From: an uncultured bacterium
GTDB taxonomy: Bacteria > Caldisericota > Caldisericia > B22-G15
Length of the DNA: 24,154 nt
NCBI GenBank assembly: GCA_965612865.1
Contig: CBFDTJ010000016.1
Location: forward strand, 1-24,154
Direction of reading: 5' to 3'
The position numbers and the translations under genes were made by a program. The notes under the pieces are model-generated. The model saw only the letters and a list, made by a program, of their open reading frames with translations. It was not told where the DNA came from and made no database searches. Shown here piece by piece: positions 1 to 9,313 of the stretch (its first letter is position 1; every line of letters begins with the position of its first letter).

Positions 1-12
1 TTTTTTTTTCTG

Positions 13-78
13 CAAGCAGAAGACGGCATACGAGATCATGACTAGGCTCGTGGGCTCGGAGATGTGTATAAGAGACAG
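13..78 (+). other. Illumina P7 + i7 index + Nextera read-2 adapter with Tn5 mosaic end (library artefact)
   Basis: CAAGCAGAAGACGGCATACGAGAT (13-36); index CATGACTA (37-44, one mismatch to CATGCCTA); GGCTCGTGGGCTCGG (one mismatch to GTCTCGTGGGCTCGG); AGATGTGTATAAGAGACAG (60-78). Preceded by poly-T. Confidence 0.99.
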
Positions 79-3000
79 GGGTTTATAAATGTTGGAATGC
101 AAGACGAATACCTTATCCCTAGAAAAAATATAAAAATTCTCATACCGAATGGTGCAAAGTTTATATCATACAGGATATCCAAAATCAAAAAAACTGAATT
201 GCCTGGAATATACAAAATTCCGACTGGAGAAAGTCCTGTTTCAGAAGGGGGAGAAGTTTACAAACTAAACAAAAAAACCAGAGGGATATATACTCCACTT
301 CACCTTACAGGAATTGAAAATGAAAGAGGAGTTAGATTCTTGGTATTTACATACTATCCATTCCTCTATGATGGAGCAAAGCTCACCTATGTGAAAGAAA
401 TTAAATTTGACATTACACTAAGAACAGGAAAAAAAGAAAGAGTGTATAAAAATAAACCTGACAGCAGCTTTTTGAATTATTACTCATTTGACTCTTTTTA
501 CTCTGATTCCATCTCAAATCCAACTTATGATTACTTAATAATAACTATAGACAGAGCAAAGAAACTTGCGGAAGAACACAGAAAATTTCTTGAATCAAGA
601 GGAGTAAAGACAGAAGTTATTACACTTTCTAATATTCCATCCACTGGAAAAGATAAAGCAGAAAGTATAAGGAACTTTATAAAGGAGGAATACAACAAAA
701 ACGGTATAAGGTATGTTCTTCTTATTGGTTCTCTCGAATCTATTCCTATGAGATATATGTATACAGGAGAAGAGGGAGATGAAGAAAATTCCAATATCCC
801 GACAGATTTCTATTATAGAGACTTAACTGGTGACTGGGATTCAAATGGTGATGGATACTTTGGAGTTCCTGGAGAAGATGAAATAGACTTTCATCCAGAG
901 GTAAATGTAGGAAGAATACCCTTTGATAATTTAGCTAATATAAAGAATGTTCTTGAAAAATCCAGAAGATTTATGGATAAATCTGAAGAAGAGAGAAAAA
1001 AGAAAATACTCTCACTTGGAGCCTGGTTGTCAATGAACGGAGAGGATGGAAGATGGAAGGATGATACAGATGGGGGAGAGATAAATCAAAGAATCTTTGA
1101 ACTTTACTTTAAAGATAAAGGATTTACAAATAGAGGTTTATATGAGCTTTCAGGTATAAAACCATCCCTTGTATCAAATCAAGCTGACGATGAGATAACT
1201 GCAAAGAACTTCGTAATCTATCAGAGAAGTTTTAAGCCTGGATTAATCCAATGGGAAGCACATGGAGCATGGAATTCAACAGCAAGAAAGATATGGGCAA
1301 CAGACTACAATAGAAATGGACAGCCTGATAGGGATGAATTCAAATGGGAAACATTTATATCCAATGAGGTAGCAAGGTATTTTGATGATACCTCCCCAGC
1401 TATATTCGTGTCTGGTTCCTGTCTGAACCTTTATCCAGATAGAGACAGTCTTGGAAAAAATATTCTGGAGAGTGGAGGAGTAGCTTTTATAGGTAACTCA
1501 CGAACAGGGTGGTATTTCCCAAATTTAGCCCATAACTCCTTTGAAACCAATCCATCTCACTATTCTTTAAGAGCAATTGTTCTAAAGGAACTTTCAGAAG
1601 GTAAATCTCAAGGAGAAGCAATAAACAATGCTCTTAAATGGTATGCAGATACATACTATACCCAGCTTACACAGATAAGAAAAACTCTTGCACACAACAT
1701 CTACGACTTAAATTTATTCGGCGATCCAATAGTAGGTTTATATACCCTTGAAGAAAAGCACACATCTCCACAGATAATTTCCACAAAACCAGAAAATAAC
1801 GAAGTGGATGTGGCTCCAAGCACAATTATAAGTGTTAAATTTGATAGAAGCATGGATGAAAATAGTATAAATGAAAGCAGTTTTCTTTTATCCACTGATG
1901 CAGTATATGTAAATGGAAATATAACTTACAATGACAATGAATTTACTGCGTATTTCAGACCATTAGATCCTTTAAAAAGGGGTGCAACATATACAGTAAC
2001 AATTAAATCCACTGTTAAGGATAAGGATGGTAACTATCTTGCATCAGATTTTAATTTTATCTTTACAGTTGCTGGCGGCGAAACTCAAAGAGATTTTACT
2101 CTACAATGGACTGATATAGATGAAGGATTTCATATAGATTTAAAGTCTTTGTATATAAAATACGACAAAGAAACCATTACATTTAAAGTTACCTCTTATA
2201 GAAAATGGAGTAACCCGGAGACAGACTTCTCTATAAGGCTCTATATAGATATAGATAATAACCCTGATACAGGCATGGGAAAAGATTACAATGGAAATGG
2301 AGAAGATTATCTTATATGGATTGGAACATATATGAACAAATTTTACCATGATGTAAACAAATGGGATAAGGATGATAAAATCTGGAAACATGTAGATGAT
2401 GTATTGGATTATAGTATAGAGAACAACTCCAAAACAGCAGTATTTACTATATCCCGTAAGTATTTTCAGGGAAATCAATTTAATTACTGGTTAGGTATAT
2501 ATGACGAAATATACGATGAATTTGACTATTACCCTCAGGGGGAAGATAATTACTATGAAAAATTTGTGTTTAAAGAAATCACAAAGCCTTTAAGTGTCAT
2601 AAAAATCTACCCGGAGGATAATTCTATTGTAGATTCTGATACAAATGTATATGTTGTTTTCTCAGATGACATAATACAGGATACGTTAAATGAAAACTCA
2701 TTTTTTGTTACAAAGGGTAAAAGAAAAGTGCCTGGAAATATCTCTTACGATGAAGCATTACATAAAGCTACATTCTCACCAGAGAATTCCCTTGAAGAGG
2801 GAGCAACATATGAAGTCCATATAACAACAGATATTACATCAAAAAGTGGCTCAAATTTAAAGGAGGAACACATATGGAAATTCATGATAAGAAAAGAAAC
2901 TTCTTCAGACTGGGATTTAACAATAGTATCTCCAAGAAACGTGAATAGAAGTATTGATATTAGTAAGGTATATGTGAAACTTGTTGAAAACAGAATTTTC

Positions 3001-4536
3001 TTTAAGATTGAAACTTACGATACCATACAGGATCCTTTAAGAGTAGGATTTATTGTTAGGATGGATACCGATAATAATCCTTCAACCGGCATTCCTCTTT
3101 ATCCTTATGGAGGAAATGGCGAAGATTATACCTTATTTGTTGGAGGAAACTATGGGAAACTATCAGGAATTTTATATAAATGGGATAAGGATAAATGGAA
3201 AGAGGAAGCTTCGCTTCCAGATTTTGAAATTGAACAGGGCAAAAATTACGCAATACTTTCTATAGACCTTACTTCTATTGAAAATCCTAAAGTTATAAAT
3301 TATTGGGTTGCAGTGAGTGATGATCCAGAAAGATTTCCAATAGTGGATCAGGCACCAAGCGATTCCTATTTTGCTACTTATCAGATTGTTGGGAAGAAAG
3401 GATGGATCCATCAATTCACAGATATAGATGAAGGAACAAAGTTTGATCTCAAGGATACTTATGTAATGCACGATGATACCAATGTCTACTTCAAAATAAC
3501 AACATATAGAGGATGGATTGACCCGTTTGAAGATGGGGTATTTTTTGAAATTGATATCGATGCAGATCAAAACTCAGAAACAGGAGATACGAATGGTATG
3601 GGAGAAGATTTCTATATTGGCATATATCCTGATGAGGAAGGAGTTATGAAGGGTTACATTGCTATATATGCAGAGGGCGAGTGGAAAAAGTATCAAGACA
3701 TAGAGAGTTTTAAAATAGGAAATAATTCTAATATTGTTGAAATAGCTTTTCCGAGAATTCTCATTGGTAACCCTGAAAAATTTAACTACTGGGTTGGAGT
3801 AGGGTATTGGTATGAAGAGGAAGATAACAACTGGGATTACTATCCCAATGATGATAAACCATTTTACTACTTAGAGTATGATTTAACAAAGAAACTTATC
3901 CAGCCAGCACTTCCACTGGAAGTTGATATACCCAATAATTATAAAACAAACAAAGACTCTGTCCTCATTAGAGGACATACATCTAATGATGCTACAGTGG
4001 AGATTAATGGGGAAGAAGTGCTTGTGTCAAGTAGCGGTATATTCGCAAAGATTGTAAAATTAAATCCTGGTGAGAATTTAATTAATATAAAAGCATATGA
4101 TTCTGCAGGTAATACTGCAGAAGTGAATAGAAAAGTTATATACGAAAAGAAAAATATTGCAATAGAGCTCTGGATAGGAAAGAAAGAAGCAAAAATAAAT
4201 GGAGATAGCTATACGCTTGATGCCCCTCCTTTCATTGAGAATGGACGAACTCTTGTTCCCATAAGATTTATAGCTGAGGGATTTGGAGCAAAAGTTGGCT
4301 GGATTGGAGAAACAAAAACTGTAATCATAAACTTAGAGAGTAAGAATATAAACATTATTCTCCAGATAGGGAGTAAAATTGCAATTGTTAATGGTGAAAA
4401 AATTACCCTTGATGTAGCACCAAAAATTGCAAAAGGAAGAACATTTGTTCCATTGAGATTCATTGCTGAAACTTTTGGAGCAGAAGTATTATGGAATGGA
4501 AGTGAAAGAAAAATTACAATAATATTTACTCCATAA
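79..4536 (+). CDS. 5'-truncated multidomain C25-family (gingipain-like) cysteine peptidase: propeptide, C25 catalytic domain, 2 Big_5/SbsA Ig-like domains, 3 DOMON-like repeats, Ig-like domain, C-terminal copper-amine-oxidase-N (stalk) domain
   Basis: C25 motifs YDYLIIT, IRNFIK..Y...GIRYVLLIG, PTDFYYRDL.GDWD.NGDG, PEVNVGRIP, EAHG (His codon 1261-1263), SGSC (Cys codon 1420-1422), LNLFGDP. Ig-like starts PQIISTKP and LSVIKIYP. Stalk motifs APPFIENGRTLVPIRFIAE and GRTFVPLRFIAETFGAEV.W. The ORF-track start at 64 is adapter-derived. Confidence 0.88.
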   Translation, partial: GFINVGMQDEYLIPRKNIKILIPNGAKFISYRISKIKKTELPGIYKIPTGESPVSEGGEVYKLNKKTRGIYTPLHLTGIENERGVRFLVFTYYPFLYDGAKLTYVKEIKFDITLRTGKKERVYKNKPDSSFLNYYSFDSFYSDSISNPTYDYLIITIDRAKKLAEEHRKFLESRGVKTEVITLSNIPSTGKDKAESIRNFIKEEYNKNGIRYVLLIGSLESIPMRYMYTGEEGDEENSNIPTDFYYRDLTGDWDSNGDGYFGVPGEDEIDFHPEVNVGRIPFDNLANIKNVLEKSRRFMDKSEEERKKKILSLGAWLSMNGEDGRWKDDTDGGEINQRIFELYFKDKGFTNRGLYELSGIKPSLVSNQADDEITAKNFVIYQRSFKPGLIQWEAHGAWNSTARKIWATDYNRNGQPDRDEFKWETFISNEVARYFDDTSPAIFVSGSCLNLYPDRDSLGKNILESGGVAFIGNSRTGWYFPNLAHNSFETNPSHYSLRAIVLKELSEGKSQGEAINNALKWYADTYYTQLTQIRKTLAHNIYDLNLFGDPIVGLYTLEEKHTSPQIISTKPENNEVDVAPSTIISVKFDRSMDENSINESSFLLSTDAVYVNGNITYNDNEFTAYFRPLDPLKRGATYTVTIKSTVKDKDGNYLASDFNFIFTVAGGETQRDFTLQWTDIDEGFHIDLKSLYIKYDKETITFKVTSYRKWSNPETDFSIRLYIDIDNNPDTGMGKDYNGNGEDYLIWIGTYMNKFYHDVNKWDKDDKIWKHVDDVLDYSIENNSKTAVFTISRKYFQGNQFNYWLGIYDEIYDEFDYYPQGEDNYYEKFVFKEITKPLSVIKIYPEDNSIVDSDTNVYVVFSDDIIQDTLNENSFFVTKGKRKVPGNISYDEALHKATFSPENSLEEGATYEVHITTDITSKSGSNLKEEHIWKFMIRKETSSDWDLTIVSPRNVNRSIDISKVYVKLVENRIFFKIETYDTIQDPLRVGFIVRMDTDNNPSTGIPLYPYGGNGEDYTLFVGGNYGKLSGILYKWDKDKWKEEASLPDFEIEQGKNYAILSIDLTSIENPKVINYWVAVSDDPERFPIVDQAPSDSYFATYQIVGKKGWIHQFTDIDEGTKFDLKDTYVMHDDTNVYFKITTYRGWIDPFEDGVFFEIDIDADQNSETGDTNGMGEDFYIGIYPDEEGVMKGYIAIYAEGEWKKYQDIESFKIGNNSNIVEIAFPRILIGNPEKFNYWVGVGYWYEEEDNNWDYYPNDDKPFYYLEYDLTKKLIQPALPLEVDIPNNYKTNKDSVLIRGHTSNDATVEINGEEVLVSSSGIFAKIVKLNPGENLINIKAYDSAGNTAEVNRKVIYEKKNIAIELWIGKKEAKINGDSYTLDAPPFIENGRTLVPIRFIAEGFGAKVGWIGETKTVIINLESKNINIILQIGSKIAIVNGEKITLDVAPKIAKGRTFVPLRFIAETFGAEVLWNGSERKITIIFTP

Positions 4537-4577
4537 ATTAAAAAACAAAACTTCCAAAAATTTAGTATACTTATATA

Positions 4578-4592
4578 GTGAACAATGTTCAC
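4578..4592. promoter_or_regulatory. Perfect inverted repeat GTGAACA-A-TGTTCAC, candidate repressor operator
   Basis: 7-bp perfect arms with a 1-nt centre in the 4537-4654 intergenic region, next to -10-like hexamers TATACT (4566-4571) and TATAGT (4574-4579). Confidence 0.55.
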
Positions 4593-4596
4593 CGTT

Positions 4597-4625
4597 TGAA
4601 ACAAAAGGATTATTTTCTTCGTATA
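4597..4625 (+). promoter_or_regulatory. Candidate ECF sigma (SigW-like) promoter TGAAAC-N17-CGTATA
   Basis: TGAAAC at 4597-4602 and CGTATA at 4620-4625, about 30 nt before the ATG at 4655. Matches the B. subtilis SigW consensus TGAAAC-N16-CGTA with a spacer one nt longer. Confidence 0.55.
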
Positions 4626-4654
4626 TTAGTTTGAAACTTATGAGAGGAAGTGAT

Positions 4655-5356
4655 ATGGAAGAATATGTAATAAGCACAGAAAATCTTACTGAGGAATACT
4701 TACTTGGGAAGGTGGTTGTTCCAGCATTAAGAGGTGTTGATTTAAAGATAAAAAGAGGTGAGTTTGCAGTAATAATGGGACCCTCTGGAAGTGGAAAGTC
4801 TACACTTCTCAATCTGCTCGGTGGACTTCAAAAACCCACAGGCGGTAAAGTCTTCATAAACGGAGTAGATCTTTCAACTTTAAATGAGAATCAGCTTGCA
4901 ATATTCAGAAGAAAGAACGTTGGTTTTGTATTTCAGGCTTACAATTTAATACCTACATTAACAGCTATTGAGAATGTAGAGTTACCCATGATATTCTATA
5001 ATATTTCCCCAAACGAGAGGAAGAAAAGAGCAGAGGTACTTCTTACATCTTTAGGACTTGGAGATAGGCTTCACCACAGACCAAGTGAACTCTCTGGAGG
5101 TGAGCAACAAAGAGTCAGTATAGCAAGAGCTCTTGCCAACAATCCGGAGATAATTCTCGCCGATGAACCTACAGGAAACCTTGATACAAAAACAGGAGGA
5201 AAAATTATGGAGGAAATGGTGAAAGTTAATAGAGAATTCGGGAAGACCATTGTAATGGTTACTCATGATCCTGAAGTTGCGCATTTCGGTGATAGGATCA
5301 TACACATAAGAGATGGAAAAATAGAAAACATTGAAATTTTAAGGAGGAAACAATGA
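4655..5356 (+). CDS. ABC transporter ATP-binding protein, MacB/LolD/YknY family
   Basis: Walker [21 protein letters not shown], signature LSGGEQQRV, Walker [19 protein letters not shown] 4655 follows SD-like GAGAGGA and is preferred over TTG 4631. Confidence 0.95.
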   Translation: MEEYVISTENLTEEYLLGKVVVPALRGVDLKIKRGEFAVIMGPSGSGKSTLLNLLGGLQKPTGGKVFINGVDLSTLNENQLAIFRRKNVGFVFQAYNLIPTLTAIENVELPMIFYNISPNERKKRAEVLLTSLGLGDRLHHRPSELSGGEQQRVSIARALANNPEIILADEPTGNLDTKTGGKIMEEMVKVNREFGKTIVMVTHDPEVAHFGDRIIHIRDGKIENIEILRRKQ

Positions 5357-8037
5357 AAAAGCTGATTCTTTTATCAATTATCTTGAGTTTAATTATGGGT
5401 ATTTCTGTCATTTATTCTGAACCACAGCTTGAGGTATCCAGTTATAAATTAAATCCCGAAAAGATATATCCAGGAGGAAATTTCACCTTAACCCTTACCT
5501 TAAAAAATAACAGCAGCGAAGATAACGCGAAAAACATCACTGTGAAGGTAAACAATGTTGAGGGCAGAAATGATCTTGGTCCCTTCTATCCCAAGAATAA
5601 GACAGATACAAGAAAAATTGAAGAAATAGAGCCGCTTGAGGAAAGTAAGGTAGATTTTGAGTTTTTTGTTGACCCGCTGGCACAAACAGGAATCTATAGA
5701 ATCCATATTATCGTTAACTGGTTTAGCGAAGGGAGAAGAGGATATTCTGAGGAAGAGATCATAAGCATTGATGTTTCTCCTCCATCCATTGAGAATAGGC
5801 CTCTCCTAACAGTAGATTCATTTGAAACAGAACCAAAGAATATAGAAGGTGGCGATATATTCTCTCTAAACTTAAAAATCAAAAATATAGGTGGAAAGGA
5901 CGCAAACAATGTTAGAGTAGAAATTTCTAAAATTGAGGGAAGCAACTCATTAATGTTTTTCTCTCCATATGGTGGAGGAAATGTTTCCTATATAAACTCA
6001 ATAAGAGCAGATGAAAAAGAGCAAATGAGTTTGAAGTTTCTTGTGGATGAGAACATAAAAAGTGGTAACTACAATTTTATTATAGAATTTTCTTATGAAG
6101 ACAATAATCATGTAACTTATAAAGATCAAGAAATCATAGGTATAAAGGTGAACGAGAAAAGCGACAAACCAGATATTGAGATTCTATCTTTTAGAGTTGA
6201 ACCTGAAATAATCCTCCCTGGAGAAAGTTTTAGTATATCCTTTAGAATTTCAAATCTCGGAAGCAAAGATGCGCGGAATATTAGAATTACTCCATCAAAC
6301 ATAGAAGGGAGTGGTTCCCTTAGGTATTTCTCACCTATAAAGGAAGGTACGATATATATAGAAAAACTTGAACACGGGGGTACTGTAGAAAAGAGTCTTG
6401 TTTTTGGAAGCGATAAGAAAGTAGAACCATCACTGTACAATATTATATTTCAAATTGAATATGAAGACGAGGAAGGTAACTCATTCAAGGACACAAAAAA
6501 TGTAGGTATTCTTATAACTTCAAAATTACCAGATGTATATCTATCAAAGTTTTCTATAGACAAAGAAAAGGTAATTCAGGGTGATGACTTTAAACTGAGC
6601 TTAAGCATTAAAAATTTTGGAGAGAGTTCTGCAAAAGATGTAAGAATTTCGCTTCAAAACATTGAGGGTACTAACTCATTGTATCCCTTTTCTTTAACAA
6701 AAGGTGGAGGCACTATTTATATAGGAGACATACCTCCAGAAGATGAAAAAGAGGTAGTGTTTAATCTTTATATTGATGAAGATGCCCCCATTAAAACTTA
6801 CAATATGCTTTTTAATATCTATTTTAAAGATTTTTCCTTAAAAGAATATACAAGGGTTGAAAAGGTAGGGATTTACGTTTCAGAAAAAGAAGATAAGAAC
6901 GAACCTAATATTATAATTAAAGATATTGCCATGGAACCCAAAGTTGCATTACCTGGAGAAAATATTAATGTTAAAATAACACTCCTTAACAACGGAGAAA
7001 GTGAAGCTAAAAACACTAAATTTGAATTTGTAGGTGTAGGGATGACAAATGATTTATCACCATTTTCTCCCACTCAAAAGGGAAGTACAATTTACTTCGA
7101 CACAATTGAGCCAAAAAAAGAAGTTACAAAGGGTATAACTTTCTCTGTGTCAAACGATGCAAAGGACGGTGTCTACAACTTTCTTACACGAATTACATAC
7201 GAAAACACAACTGTGTATAAGGAAGAACAGAGAGTAGGGGTTGTGGTCTCAAGAAAAGAACCACAAAAAAACCTCACCTTATCTATCTCATCCTTTAGCG
7301 TAGTACCATACGAAGTAACTCCTGGAGGAAATATTAAGGTAAGTGTTTCTGTACTAAATTTCTCACAGGAGACAGCGTATAATATAACATTAAGAATAGA
7401 CAAGGTTGAAGGTTCAAACAATCTATTTCCGTTTTCCCCGCTTAACAGCTCAAATATTAATACATATCTAAAACTATCCCCTGGCAGCGGAATAAATTCT
7501 CTCTATTCTTTCTCTGTATCACCAGATGCAGATTCCGGTGCTTACAATCTAATACTAACTATAAATTATGAAGATAAGGATGGGAATAGATACGAGAATA
7601 GAGCATCCATCGGTGTTACAATCTTAAGAAACCCTCTTATTTCAATATTTAATCTTGTTTATCCAGATGAAATTGAAGAGGGAGAAAATTTTGTTATCTC
7701 CTGCGATATAGGTAATACAGGAAATTTTCCTGTAAAGGGTATAGTTGTATTCTTAAAAGGTTTACCTGTGAAAGGTGGAGATTACTACATAGGGACTCTT
7801 GACGTTGGGAATTTTGATACATATGAATTTGAAGGAAATATAAAAGAGGCAGGAACATATCATGGAGAGATAGTTGTGCAGTATGTAGACGACTCCAATG
7901 AAGTTCATAAAGAGAAAAAAACTGTGGAGATTAAAGTTTTAAAAAAACAAACCGAGGAGGAAGCAAAAGAGGAGAAACTGACATTCTGGCAAAAGCTCAT
8001 TAGGTTTATCCTCTCACTTTTTGGGTTAGGTAAATAA
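5353..8037 (+). CDS. Secreted COG1361 'S-layer family' / CARDB-like protein with seven tandem Ig-like repeats and a C-terminal amphipathic helix
   Basis: Signal peptide [22 protein letters not shown]. About 120-aa repeats (P..I..G..F.L...I.N.G...A.N......IEG...L..FSP...YI..I.......F.V......G.YN....I.YED). C-terminus TFWQKLIRFILSLFGLGK. SD AGGAGG; ATGA overlap with the upstream gene. Confidence 0.8.
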   Translation: MKKLILLSIILSLIMGISVIYSEPQLEVSSYKLNPEKIYPGGNFTLTLTLKNNSSEDNAKNITVKVNNVEGRNDLGPFYPKNKTDTRKIEEIEPLEESKVDFEFFVDPLAQTGIYRIHIIVNWFSEGRRGYSEEEIISIDVSPPSIENRPLLTVDSFETEPKNIEGGDIFSLNLKIKNIGGKDANNVRVEISKIEGSNSLMFFSPYGGGNVSYINSIRADEKEQMSLKFLVDENIKSGNYNFIIEFSYEDNNHVTYKDQEIIGIKVNEKSDKPDIEILSFRVEPEIILPGESFSISFRISNLGSKDARNIRITPSNIEGSGSLRYFSPIKEGTIYIEKLEHGGTVEKSLVFGSDKKVEPSLYNIIFQIEYEDEEGNSFKDTKNVGILITSKLPDVYLSKFSIDKEKVIQGDDFKLSLSIKNFGESSAKDVRISLQNIEGTNSLYPFSLTKGGGTIYIGDIPPEDEKEVVFNLYIDEDAPIKTYNMLFNIYFKDFSLKEYTRVEKVGIYVSEKEDKNEPNIIIKDIAMEPKVALPGENINVKITLLNNGESEAKNTKFEFVGVGMTNDLSPFSPTQKGSTIYFDTIEPKKEVTKGITFSVSNDAKDGVYNFLTRITYENTTVYKEEQRVGVVVSRKEPQKNLTLSISSFSVVPYEVTPGGNIKVSVSVLNFSQETAYNITLRIDKVEGSNNLFPFSPLNSSNINTYLKLSPGSGINSLYSFSVSPDADSGAYNLILTINYEDKDGNRYENRASIGVTILRNPLISIFNLVYPDEIEEGENFVISCDIGNTGNFPVKGIVVFLKGLPVKGGDYYIGTLDVGNFDTYEFEGNIKEAGTYHGEIVVQYVDDSNEVHKEKKTVEIKVLKKQTEEEAKEEKLTFWQKLIRFILSLFGLGK

Positions 8038-8039
8038 AG

Positions 8040-9302
8040 ATGAGATTCTCAGATACAGTTTCCATCGTAGTTAGAAATCTAAAGAGATCAAAAACAAGAA
8101 CTGTTCTTACGTCATTGGGAGTTCTAATCGGCGTTGCTGCAATAATAACTCTCGTATCTGTTGGAATTGCTATGCAAACAAGCATAACTTCTCAGTTTGA
8201 ATCTGTAGGAGATTTAACTCTTCTTAGTATTTATCCAAGTAATGTTAAGCTGGGTCCTTTTGCTCCAAGAAGAATGGAAGAGATAAAAATACTTGATGAA
8301 GATGCTATTAACCAGATTAAAAAAATCGAAGGAATAGAAGCTCTCTCTCCTGTATATACTTTTCCTGATGTGATTGTGAAAATAGGTAGACTCGAGGGCA
8401 GCGTAAGTTTTACAGGAATTGAACCCAGAGAGGTTGAAAAGATAGCGGGAGAACTCGAAAAGGGAAGGTATATCACAAAAAGTGATAAATATGCAGTGGT
8501 AGTTGGATCAAAATTTGGAGAGAGTTTCTACAATCCAAAAACTGGGGCTTCAGAAACGGTAAACCCTTTAGGAAAAATGTTTAAGGTTACAATTAAAAGG
8601 GTGATTGGTGAAAAAATAGAAAAGAAAACCTATATTTTTAGGGTAGTAGGTATATTAAAAGAAAAAGGTACTCAGGATGATTACAGTGTGTATGCGCCTA
8701 TTAATACTGTAATAAGTGTAAATGAATGGCGCACAGGAAGAACAATAAAACCAGAAGTTACTGGATACAATAGAGTTATTGTAAAGGTAAAGGATGTTGA
8801 TACTGTAAATGCAGTTACTGAAAGGATAGAGGATATGGGATTTGTTGTGTTTTCCATTCAGAGCATTATTGATTCAATCTCCACAGTCTTTAAAATTTTA
8901 CAATTTATACTTGCAGGAATTGCAGGAATATCACTTCTTGTCGCAGGAATAGGTATTGTGAATACAATGACAATGTCCATATACGAAAGGACAAGGCAGA
9001 TTGGAATAATGAAGGCAATTGGTGCATCAAATACAGATATACTCTGGATGTTTCTTTCTGAAGCAGCTGCATTGGGATTCCTTGGTGGATTGGGTGGAAT
9101 TCTTCTCTCCTTTCTATTAAATAACATTATAACCTTCTTCTCATCAACCATGGTATCTGGTGCAACTCTTAAAGTTTCAGCCCCCTTGTGGCTTATGCTT
9201 TTCGCTATAGTATTTGCAACAGTAGTAGGTCTTATTGCAGGATTAATTCCATCCTATAGAGCAGCAAACCTAAAACCTGTTGAAGCCTTAAGGTATGAAT
9301 AA
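8040..9302 (+). CDS. ABC transporter permease, MacB/FtsX (YknZ-like) family
   Basis: RTVLTSLGVLIGVAAII TM1, large extracytoplasmic domain, ISLLVAGIGIVNTMTMSIYERTRQIGIMKAIGA, C-terminal PSYRAANLKPVEALRYE. Confidence 0.95.
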   Translation: MRFSDTVSIVVRNLKRSKTRTVLTSLGVLIGVAAIITLVSVGIAMQTSITSQFESVGDLTLLSIYPSNVKLGPFAPRRMEEIKILDEDAINQIKKIEGIEALSPVYTFPDVIVKIGRLEGSVSFTGIEPREVEKIAGELEKGRYITKSDKYAVVVGSKFGESFYNPKTGASETVNPLGKMFKVTIKRVIGEKIEKKTYIFRVVGILKEKGTQDDYSVYAPINTVISVNEWRTGRTIKPEVTGYNRVIVKVKDVDTVNAVTERIEDMGFVVFSIQSIIDSISTVFKILQFILAGIAGISLLVAGIGIVNTMTMSIYERTRQIGIMKAIGASNTDILWMFLSEAAALGFLGGLGGILLSFLLNNIITFFSSTMVSGATLKVSAPLWLMLFAIVFATVVGLIAGLIPSYRAANLKPVEALRYE

Positions 9303-9313
9303 AGGGGAAAAAC

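Noticed and set aside
64..78. Predicted start MYKRQ of the 1490-aa ORF
   Set aside because: Lies within the adapter mosaic end.
4580..4590. GAAC-N-GTTC as a Firmicutes LexA (Cheo) box
   Set aside because: Spacer is 3 nt rather than 4, the flanking C/G are absent, and the downstream genes are not SOS genes.
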